DNA from: Candidatus Omnitrophota bacterium
GTDB lineage: Bacteria; Omnitrophota; Gorgyraeia; JABMRN01; RBG-13-46-9
Assembly: GCA_013203315.1 (NCBI GenBank)
Contig: JABMQJ010000026.1
Location: forward strand, 56,511 to 120,510
Direction: 5' to 3'
Length of the DNA stretch: 64,000 nucleotides
Part shown: positions 40,201-52,200 of the stretch, one piece after another
How the letters are laid out: each line of letters opens with the position of its first letter
How positions within the stretch are numbered: the first letter of the stretch is position 1
The notes under the pieces: model-generated
What the model was told of the DNA's origin: nothing
What the model saw: only the letters and a program-made list of their open reading frames with translations
Database searches by the model: none
Translations under genes and position numbers: made by a program

Positions 40201-43200
40201 CTGGTATAAAGAGCGCTACCGAAGAAGGCGCTGAATTAACAGAAGAGGAAAGAATCGTTCTCGATGACGTATGCAGGCACGGCGCAAACTTTGCTGACTT
40301 CCTGAACGAAAGGTATCAGTTACCAGCAGAAGTTGAAATATTAGTTAGGGGTCATTTTAATCATCAAACATTCTTGTCAGATATAGCAACGAGGCGCAAT
40401 GAAATATCTATTCCGCTGGCCAGATTAGAACTTCTGTTATCGATAATTGTTACGGTGGATTCATTTGAAAGCGGAAATAATAAATTTAAACAAGCACAAT
40501 ATAGAGGAAGCGAGCCCGAGTCATTTACCGATTCACTGGGAACTGTTGAGGTGCATGGCAAAGATGGGTTCGTAGTCAGAATGTGTAGGGATTGGGGCAT
40601 AAAAGATACAAGGCCGCAAGATGTGCTAAGAAAATTAATAGTTAATAGGGACCCCGAAATACTAGGAGTCGTAAGAGAAGCGCGGGAAGCGGCGTCAATC
40701 GACGAAGCCCTTACGCCCGCTGATTCGGAATTTATCACAGCCAGCCGCCGAATTATGCCTCGTCTGCGCAGGGTAATTAGAGCAATAGTAGATTCTGTCC
40801 GTGACATATTTGAACGACTAAGAATAGAAATAGTCATGCGCCGGATCGATCGAATGATAGTAGACATAATTGCCAAAGGCGAGTTACCGGTAATAGTAGC
40901 AGACATTGATGGCACGATAACAGAATCAAACATGCCGGTTTCCGATGAAAGCTTAGACGTGATTATTGAACAGGCGCGACTTGGCGTGCCGTTTATGATG
41001 TTAACCGGTATCAGCGCTGCAACTGCCCGCAAACAATTATTTGACCCACTCATAGGACGCCTTAATGAACGGATAGATGTCGATAAAAGCGTTTTGATGA
41101 ATTGTATTTTTGCAAGCGACAACGGTACACAGATCTACATATATGATGAAGAACTGAATAATATAAGGTGTGTATTTAATATTAATATGAGGAAGTATTT
41201 ACCAACCGGAAAATACAACCAAATCTTTAAAATTGTCAATTCATGTATTCGCCTGTTTGACATGCGTACGATGCTGCAGGAGAAAATGGGCTGGCAATTT
41301 AACGATGAGGAATGGGAGAAATTCAGAGCAACTTGTACTGTAAGGAGAAAGATAGAGGGGGGTGTCAGTCAAATAACATTGATGGTGCTAAGCAGGAATG
41401 CTACCCATGAACAAAAAGAAGAATTCCAAGCAAAAGGCGGCGAAGTGCTACGAAACGCATACGCAGATTATATAAATAGTGAATTTGAAAGACTTGGTAT
41501 AGATGTTAGAGCAAAGGTTTCGGGGTTAAGCTCAATAGACATAAACCCTGCAGGAATAGATAAAGGCTGGGCCATAGAAACTATCTCAAAGCTCTGTAAT
41601 TTAACCCTCGATAGCATAATATTTATAGGTGATGCATTTGGTCTAAGAGACAATGATACCCCTGCGCTTAGATTTGCCGAAAAGGGCATCAATGTCGGCG
41701 CGCGTGTTGCAAAATCAACACATAAAGGAAAAGAATTTCTGCAGCTACGGGGTACCGGGCCCAGAGGATTTAACAATGTAATAAGAAGCGTCATCGAATA
41801 CGTTACAAGATTCCAAAGGACGTCAACTAGGCTACCCATTGCTTCAGCATTGATGGCAAGATTAGAAGCAGGACCTATCCAGATACAGGATGCAGGAGCA
41901 GTGATAGCGGATGGAGATCTAAGAGATATGCAGCATTTACTGGATACACATCTCCAGATCAGTTTTGGAGGGGCGATTGAAAATTACGAGCTTTTCACTC
42001 AATCTTTCCTGAATCAATGCGTAGCCGTTGGCCTAGCGGTTAATGATAAAGAGTATATGAAATACCTGGCAAACATTACTTACGATGCTGTAGGAAACAC
42101 ATCGGAAGGCCGTGACGAGGCGCATCTTCCCGTTGTTCCTGTGCATTTATCAGCAGGAATGGGGCAACTCGAGTTTTTGATTGCCTGTGAAAAAAGACCC
42201 GACCTGGATAGCTTTATAGTAACAACCATGGATAACAGTAACATGCCTATTGAAGGCCTGCTGACGCTCGAATTCAAAGTCGCAAATCAGGATACGCCTA
42301 TAAATGTTTTTGTTTCGCGTATTGATCCACATGCTAGGCGTCTGTCCGGCGAAAGGGATCCCCAGTTACTTGCTGCCTTGGAAGAATTAAAAGAATTAGT
42401 AAGCGATAGAGTAGTGGACACAACTCCTGGCGTACAGGCCACGGGTAGGGTGTTAACGAACAAGTTGGCCAGGCTATTTGATAGCATATTAAGGTCCAGT
42501 TTCAAAACCGGAAGGGCTACTGAGATTCCGGTGGACGAAGGTCGTGGAATTAACTGGAGCGAGATAAGAGAAGGGTTCCAGTTTGTGACACACGACGAAC
42601 TTATGGAAAGCCTGGATGTCCGTGGCTTACCTGTTAATATACATCCGGGTCGTGGAGGGGAAACACTGGGCCATGGCGGCCTCCAGGCTCACATAGATAG
42701 CTATATATATGAGAATTTATCAGATGAAGAGCTTAAAACTCTAGCAAGACACGAATTAGCCCACCTTGACATTTTCAATGTAGAACGTATGTCCGAACAG
42801 GAAAGACAAGCGATTGAAGGCACAGATGCCTATAAAACTTGGGAAGCATGGGTCGAAGCAGGAAAGCGTGAAGGTCGAGCGCAAGAGACATTTGTTAATA
42901 ACCTCCCGGGGTGCAATGCAGTAGCGGTAAGCAGAAAAATAGAGCAGCTAGCGCGCAAAAAGAGACGCCAAAACCAAAGAGTAGCAAGCCAAGTGCTGGT
43001 CGCAACACCCGAAACAGTCGAACCCGCAGTCGCAATGCCTCTGACACCGAGCGAATATGCACGCGTATGGTCTCCGGATATAGCCACACACGATGAGATA
43101 GTCGCAGCAATTAACCCAACTCTTGAGACAGCCATTACGGCATTAAGCGGTAATGATCTTGATCCAATAACAGAAGTATTAAGGAATATCGCTGCTACAA

Positions 43201-46200
43201 CAAACCCGGATGAAATAAGCGCATTAGAAGAAGCAATAAGGCAATTATCACGAAGGTATTCAATTTGGTCAGCCTATCTCGGCCAAAGAATTGACGAAGC
43301 AAGAGATAGCCTTTCCGGGAGCGAAAGAAACCGCGTTGACGCACTATTTACAAGAGCAAGAGAAAGCGTAAGAGCTGCTCAGAACGAACAGTGGGCAGTT
43401 ATAAACGCCGGCGGCGTAGGAAGCCGATTCTGGCCTGTTGGATATGAGAAAAAACCCAAACAGCTTTTGTCGTTTGAACCGGGCGAACCTTCACTTCTTC
43501 AATCAGCAGTACTGCGTCAGGTGAATCCCGATAACCCCAACTGTATAAGTCCGGATCATGTCGTGATTGTTACAAATGCTAATATCGTAGACGAGGTTTG
43601 GGAGCAGGTAAAGGACATAAAAGTAAATGGTGTAGGAATTCCAAGGGAAAATATTCTAGGTGAACCTAAGGGGTTGAATACGGGGCCTGCACTAAGGCTA
43701 GGCGCGTTATTTATTGAACAAAAAACCGAGGGTGGACCCGATGCTATTATACGAGCCCTGTATGCTGACGCTGTTATTCCTGATCATGTATCTTTCAACA
43801 AGGTACTAGCCAATTCCGCTGATGTTGCAAAGTTTACTAATGTTTATGTTGAAGTAGGTGTAACGCCCGGAAGAGAACTAGATGGAAGTCTTGTAGTGAA
43901 TCCAAAATTAGGACATCAGCAACTAGGAAAAGACATAGGCGGAGACGCTAATTATCTTCTTAAGAGAGTTGAGAAAGAGGTAAAGGAAACCCCCCAGGCA
44001 ACGCATGATTATTACAAGGGTTTAGTTGAGAGTGGTGCTACATGGAATAGCGGTTGCGTAGTAGTCAGAGCAGGTGTTCTGACAGACATGATACAGACAA
44101 TGCACCCCGAGGTAGAAGAGGTATTTCAGAAATACAAGGATCGATTAGGGGAACCAAGCGCCCTTGAAGAATTATATGATGAACTTGAAGAAAAGGGTGC
44201 AAAGTTGCCGTACGACACTTTCTTTTCAAAAGATGCCGTTGAAGGGGAATACCTAAGATTTGGTGTCGTAGTAACAACGGGCCTTGAGAAGGACAACTGG
44301 GATGACGTAGGTAATCTCGCAGAATCTCGCAGAATGGCCAAAATTCCGTCGGAAGACAATTTCATTGCGCAAGGTAATGAAGAAAACATAACATTTGAAG
44401 AAGACACTGAAGGCAATACTGTTTATGCAACAGATGACGGAACAAAAGTCGTTTTACATAGCGGAGTAAAAGATTTAATAGTTGCTTACGAGAGAGGATG
44501 TAATTCACTACTTGTATTGCCAAGAGATGATTCTGCAAGAGCAGGCGAAGTCGTAAAAGAAATAACTAAGCAAAGTTCACACTATCACAGGTTGCTTCCC
44601 TATGCAACGGGCGAAAATCCGCCCGCGACCTGCGGTGAAGCCCACGAACAAGATGAACACGAAAATACTAAAACCGGCGATGCAATTTTTGTAAGCGATG
44701 ACACCCATAATTGCCGTCTTACCACAAGCAAAGGACTTATCGCTGCGATTAATCTAACCGGATATCACATCGAATGGGATGCGGGGAAAAACGAAATACA
44801 TGTTTCTCTTGAGAAACCAGCCGAACCCGCAGTCGCCATGCCTCCGACACCGGGCGTATATGCAGTGTCTCCCGAAAGAGCAGAAATAAAGACAACGTCT
44901 GTTACGGCTAAGCACGATGGTATTTTACCATGGCTGGAAGAGGGGATAGCAAGCGGAGCAATAGGTGAAAACAGAGACCTTATCGTTTTTGATTCTCACT
45001 TGGATGTTTTTGCCTTCTCATCGGGAAATGACGGCTGGATAGCTACTATCAGGAATACAAATATGAAAGTCGGAAAAATATATGCTGTTGTGCCTACAAT
45101 GTGGGGCACTGTTCATTCGCTTAACGCAACAGCTATGAATTTGGCAAAAAGCCTGAATGTGGAAATTGTATTTGGCCTCGAGCAATTACCACAATTTGAT
45201 GAACCGGTTACAGTTTCATTCGAAAACGACTTTGTAGACATAAATCTAATTCATGCAACTAAAAATGAAGTAGCCGGAAGACAACGTGAAGTTGCTCGCG
45301 CACTTTCCGGAAGAAATATTCAGATAGAAGGTTTCCATATATCAAATGAAACAGAGCCGGAATACGCAGACGGTGAAGATAAAGGCTTTATAGTGCGCAA
45401 TATGTGGGCTACGCTTGCTGAGGAAGGTTATGACTTAGAGAAGAAGGACACATTCACAAGATTACGCGCCCGAAACCCGGCCAAAAGAAAACAAGCTGTA
45501 GCTGATTTAAAAGAAGACCACCCGCTTCTTACAGAAGAAATAGATGCGCACCTTGGAGCACTTCCTATATCGGGTAAGACAATATTAGACAGAGCAAAAG
45601 AAACAGGTAGGCCTGTCCTTGCATGTAACATTGATAACGGCGAACTATCATCGCTTCAGATACGTTCAATGATGCAGGCAGCGCTCGACATGAACGCATT
45701 CATCATGTTTGAAGTAGGACCTGCTGCGCTACTCACTTATGCTGATGGCAAACCCCAGCTTCCTGAATACTGCGCGCGCGAGGCATACAAATTATACAAA
45801 GAAACAGGAAAATCCGTTACATACGCTGTTCACCTTGACCACAACCAGATAAACAGAAAGAAATATAATACAAGAGGCGAAAGAAGAAAAGCTGTCCGGG
45901 AAGCCGTTGACCGCGCAAAGAGTGCCCTTGCCGTAGGATTTACATCTTTTGCGACTGATACATCTACATTAACCGACATCGACAAAGACACGGTTAAAGA
46001 TCAGTTGCTCCCTGTAGTTAATACGGCCACAAGGATTCTTTCAGCTATATATGATGAAGCAAAGGCTCTTGGAGTAGAAGTAGGTAACGAAGGTGAGGTC
46101 GGCGACATAGGCACTTCAATAAGCACAGTTGAAGACGCCGTGCATTATTATCAGGAACTTGTTAAGAAGTTAGGCGCTCTCTCAAAGAGAATGGGTAAAG

Positions 46201-49200
46201 ACTTCACGAAAGAGCCTCTTATAGACATCATAGCACTAAACATTGGCACTGCCCACGGATATACGTTTAATGAAAACGATCATTTAGAACCTTACACGCC
46301 GGGTAGAATAAACGTCGAACGCGCAAAAGAAGTCCACGAGGCATTTAGAAAAATGGATCTTGATGTAGGTGTAGCATTACACGGCTTCTCAGGTACGCCC
46401 ATTGAATTTGCCGAAGGCTTTGTAAATACAGGCATAGCGAAGGTAAACATAAACACAGACTGGCAGGCGATCGTATGGAAGGTTCTCTATGCGTACTATC
46501 CGGATCTTTACAGGGAAATCTTTGACCTGGCCAGGGCATCAATACCGGAGAAGAAAAAGGCGGGCCTTGTCACCGATGATGCCAGCTATGACTTTGAACA
46601 CGCCAGAAACCGCATCATGTTCGGCTACGCTAGAAAGCTCTTCCGCGAGAAAAAATACCACCCACTTCTCGCAAGGCTTACTAACGCTCTAAGAGACGGC
46701 ACTAATACGTTAATCGTTGCACGGGAACAAAGATTAGAAGACCACGTAAACATACAACTAACCCCCGCAACACTCGAGGACCTAGCAAAGGATGATGGCA
46801 GTTGCGCCGAAGTTACCTCGCAGGGCGCTATCGACATGTTAACAGGTGGCCGCATTACCGAACTCATGACGGCTCTCGGCGAAAAAGACGTAGCAAGCGA
46901 TATTGAAGTCGACAGGGAAGCTGAACTACGCCTGCAGGATTGGCAGATTGCTGACTTAAGAGAGGCTGCTTCCGAAGAAAAACCAAGCCCGGCCACGAGC
47001 TTTATTGTAGAAAGAATATTTGCGCTCTTTGGCCTACCTTATAGGTCTACCAAAGAAGCGCCGATAGTCGAGACAATATTTATGAAGTTAGGACCGGCGT
47101 TTGGCACCTTGGGAGCGCTTACGTACTCCAACCCTAACAACCCACTTCTCAATCTTGGTATCTTTGCGGCAGTGCTTGCAATTTCCTTGATATTGTTTGT
47201 GCTTTCGCACGCCTTTAATAAAGAGGAAGATAAATATACATCCGCCATAGAGGCAGCGCGTACAACTCTTTGGTTTGCAATACCCGTTGGACTGATAACA
47301 CTTGCAACTCAGAATATCTTTGTCTTTTGTAGCATCGCAGCTGTTGCAACTATTCTTACCATAATGTCACACATCAACATCAATATCGAAGCGCTAAAAG
47401 CAAGAAGGGCTACTGCGACGATAGGCCAGGGGCCGCACTCTATGGGAGATTTAATGAATACCGGAAAACAAGGCATTGAAGCTCTGAAAGAAAGGCTGGA
47501 TGATACTAGTATCTCCGCTAAAGAAAGGGCGCGAATAGCGGATTATCTGTTAAGAACCAATACCGGCTCTCATGAAGACAAAGCCAAATGGCATTCTACT
47601 TTGGTTGCAGCAGAAAAGGCTATTTACGGTCCGAAAACAAAGGTTCCTAGAAATTTCATGGCCGACCCCTATAAAACCTGTATGGCGTTAGAGAGAATAG
47701 GAGATTTAGACCTTACTGAGCACCTCTGGGATGTCTTGAGATTATTTTTCGCCGTACAAAGAGAAGCAGTAAAAATTCATCGAGAACACAGGTATCATGA
47801 AATAGATACAATAAAGAATATCAGAAATTCATGCATATATGCTTTAAATAAGCTATCATCTGAAAATATGAAAGATGCTTTATTTGGAATTACCATGAAT
47901 GATGTAAGCGCCGAAGCGGTACAAGAGATGCAAGAAGTAGTATTACCGGCTTTAGATATTGTAGATGGGGTATTTACTGAAGAAGATGATGCAGAGATGC
48001 AAAAAGGCCTTAATCCCAATTTGGCTAACAATATTCGACAGGAGATATTTGCAAGTTTAATTGCCGGGGAAAGGGTGAATTGGAGTGCCATGGCTCGAGA
48101 AATGGATGGCTGGGATTTTCCGGAAGACCCGGACGCGGCAAAATGGATAAATGAAACAGCCAAACCGAGATGCAATCCTAGGATCACAGAATATCTGAAA
48201 ATGCGCAGGAATAGAGGTGATGCGGGAATACTCGTTTACTTTTTAGCGGAATCTAGCGTAGGAAGTCGTGAGGCGCTGAGTGAATTAAGATCAGAGATCG
48301 AACAAGGACAAGTGCCTGACAGGTTGAAGTACAGAGCAGCGGCAGCTATACCGCACTTAAGCTTAGGAGACAATGATGTTGAAAAAGCCACACGCGTTTA
48401 TGAAGAAAGTGATTCTTGGCCCATAAAAGGACGGGCAATAGTCATGTTAGGCCTTATAGGCACAGCTAAGGCAGCAGACGCATTGACGCAAATAGTAAAA
48501 GGTATTACGCTGAATCAGGCAGGCGAACACAAGAGTAAGTTATCCAAAGATATGAATTACGCGATATTGAATTTAGATCTGGTATGCGTAGAACCTATAT
48601 TAAAAGATTTTGATAGCTACGATCCGGAAGTTCAGTTACTTATCATTGGAAGCCTTGGAGCGATGAAGACGCCTTTTGTTGTTGAAAAGGCGTTAGGGTT
48701 TTTGCAGCATAAAACCAACGTAGATGAAGAAAGAGATGTATGCATTATAGCCATCGCCTCTATAGGAGTAATGCCAGATACGGTTTTAGATGAATTTAGG
48801 AAAATGTTACACCCAAGCTTCAATATAAGCGATAGGCTTAGAGCCTCTATAGTTAAGGCGTTGGGGAATTCTACCAACATAAATGTGCTGCCCTTGCTCT
48901 TCGATGAACTTGACCGCTATGATCCACAGGTAGACCTGCATTCATACTTGCATGTAATCGATGCGATTATCGAAGTTGATAGTCCACAGGCAATGAATGT
49001 TTTGGTAAATGCCCTAAATAGACTTAACAAAATAAACTTCGACGATAAAGCACTAGCGACACCAAAGGAACGCAGAGAACACAAGATAGCAGGCTTTGTT
49101 CTTAATAGATGTCTTGGCGAAAACATAGATTTGCTTATCGAAAGCCTGGATATGAGAAGGATTTCCATGCACGATTTTAAAGAAACACTAAAAACATTTT

Positions 49201-52200
49201 ATGCCTGGGAGACCACCTTGCTTGGCAAGAAAATGTCTGGTGAGGCATGGGATGAAGTTGCTTTGATGAACTTATTTGCTTATGACCTTGCTGATGAAGA
49301 GTTGATTAACAGGATGATAATATTTTCAGAAATGAGTAAAAAAAGCATTTATCCCACCAACACTTTACTTCGCAGCGCTTATGACGCATCGGTAAACCAA
49401 GGTGTATTGGATTCTTCGCGTTTAGATGAAATGCTTGATTCATGGGCCAGAATACAGAAGAATTTTTACACACAGGAATCTAGTTTTGATTCACAAAATA
49501 GATTTTATTTTATGCTGGGATTCTCGACATATGCCCACCTAAGGCGTTATGCGTTAGAAAAAAGCTGGGCAACTCTTGTCAAAAAAGACGATACCGATTC
49601 CCCTGAAGGTAGTTTAGTGCTATGTCATTTATACAATGATTACAAACAAGCAGTCGCTAACGGCAGCGCTAATGTATTTGGACCCATAGGAAGCATGTCT
49701 GCCAGAGAGAGTAATGCTTTAAAAGTAGCCCGTTATGAACAAAGACAATTTTTGGAATGGGCCATGGCGCTAAAAAGGAGAGCAGATTCATTAGGCAGGG
49801 ATCTCGTGATTGTACCAAATATAGTTTATGGTCATTTTTTGACCGGTTCGATAAAAGACGAATTACGCAAAGCCGGCATAGAAATACGTGACGCGGGAGT
49901 CAGTTCCGAACGCGCTGATGATGCTTGGAGTTATGATAACCGATTCCATGTTAAGACTCAAACGTTCAGCATGCGTTTTTTCAGAAGACTGTTGGGTATA
50001 GACGGAAAAAGGCCTATAGTAGTCGTGCTTGACGGCACAAGAGAATTTTCCAGTAGGAACGTCCCCGGCAAGTTTGTGCGCCTACCCGCAGCGCTAATGC
50101 GCGTATATATAGATACATTTATTGCAATAGCTAATGTTACTGCCCAGGGCTCGATTGAAAACTACTACCCTTCTTTCGCAAATTTGCGGTCTTATGACTA
50201 TATCCGAACTTTGCTAACTAGAAAGTCATTCAACAAGCTTGCAGAGAAGGTGCGAATCGCCGCCGGTGAGAACGAAATAACGGATGGAGAAAATTATGAA
50301 ATCGCACATTGGAATCCTTTGGGATTACCATTACCATCGGGTCGCGAAGGAAGAGAATGGCGGGGTTCACACGACAGGTATAATAATGAGGGTCCGATAT
50401 GGCCGATTGGGGTAAACGATATCGATGGTCCTGCTTTGATATTAGTTAATCTGTCTATGGCGCCTCATGAGATTCCGAAAGAAGCAGGAATCTCTGGGCA
50501 AGGAATCGTACGCTCCGATTTTGATGACGAAGAGATAACCGAAAGCGTTAAAGTAGTTTGCGAAGGCACTCCGGGAGAAAAAGTAGGTCCTCCAAGTGTG
50601 GTCGGAAATTTAGACGAAGCTAACTACGTGCCCGAGGAACATAGATATTTGCAGCAATTCAACGAAGCTAATGTTCCTATGGTTCGTTATACCGAGTTTG
50701 TAGAGGCACCGGAAGGCCCCGCCGAAGCGGAGAAGGCGCCAAAGACTCTTGCTGCGAAGAAAAGACCCAAAAGGAAGGATGGTGGATTTGTCACTCTCGA
50801 ACTTCTTGTGGGTATGGGCGGCCTTATAATATTAGGTATACTAGCCATTGCCAGCATCGCCGGAGTTGCGGAACCCGGCGTCTTAATCGATGCATTGCCA
50901 GCTGCTACAGGAGTAGCGGAACCCGGCGTCGTAATCGATGCATTGCCAGCTGCTACAGGAGTAGCAGCGAGTACGCTCTTCGGTATGAGCATGGGGACGA
51001 TTGGCTTGGTAGCGGTTGCCGCTCTTATTACGGTAGCGGTTACAGTCTTTGTTATGAAACGAGTGCGAGGACGCCGCGAGATAGGGCCCACGGTTCACTT
51101 GGAAGAATTGACGACAAGATATAGAGAATTCACCGGTGATATGGACAACATCATTGATTCATTGGCTGGCATCGTTGAGCCATTAACGAGCGTAGAAACA
51201 GGGGATCCAGAGGTTCAGGGTCGTCTTCATGAAATGGTACAAGACGCGCGTAGAATGCACCGTGACTTCATAACTAACGGCAGGGACGTTTTTGGTGAAA
51301 CCTTAAAAGACCTTGAAGAATCATCGAGAGTAGTTAGTGTACTCTCGCCTCAGGATAGAGCCCATGTTAGCTATGCTTTATTTTTGAATAGATCATTTAA
51401 TATAGCACACGAACTTATAGAAGGCGTAAGGCGATGGTCTGGAACCTCGCTAAAAGCTTGCAAAGCTGTTCTTTCGCCAGAGGATTTTGAACGTGCAGAA
51501 GAGGCTCATGCTGCACTTACTGAACGATTAGAATTAGCAAAAGAACATACAGATGGTTTAATAGCTTCAATAACACCAATTCTTCCGGCGACAGAACCTA
51601 AACGGGGCCCGGTTGGACGTTTCTTACGAAGCGTTCCTGGCATAGGCAGGTTTTTCACGATAGGCGCCGCTTTCTTATCCGTCATCGGAGCTGCCAGTCT
51701 TGCGGACGCTGCGCCTGTAGCAACAGAAACTGCCGGTGAACTCGGCCGAGAAGCTTTACCCGGAATAGTCGGCGGAATCAGCATAACCGCTGCATTACCA
51801 TATGTGGCAGCGATTGCTGCAGTTATTGTTGTTGTTATTATTGGCGTTGTAATTATAAGGAAGAGGAGGGTCTCCGCCTTACTAAGCCAGGCAAGAGAGC
51901 ATATTGAAAACGGCAGGTATAGCGAAGCGCTAGCAATCGTAAATGAGATCTCCAATAATGAAGAGGCCGAGGAGATAGCAAGCGAAGCTAACGAAATGCG
52001 TGAAAGAGCAGAAAGGCCTGTTATCGCTATAAGGAGCCTTAGTCATGGCGTTGCAACAGCAGTCTTACATCTATTGACCTTTGCCACCATGCCCATGGAT
52101 ACCCCTCTTACTACCAGTCGGCATAGCCAGTCTGCAGTCGCGATTCTCAGACAGCTGCACCAAAGGGTGAGCGATTTACACGTAAGGACGGTCGAGATAT

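Noticed and set aside
41880-42330. Possible degenerate HATPase/anti-sigma-like segment
   Set aside because: Only a faint N-box/D-box resemblance, with no glycine boxes.
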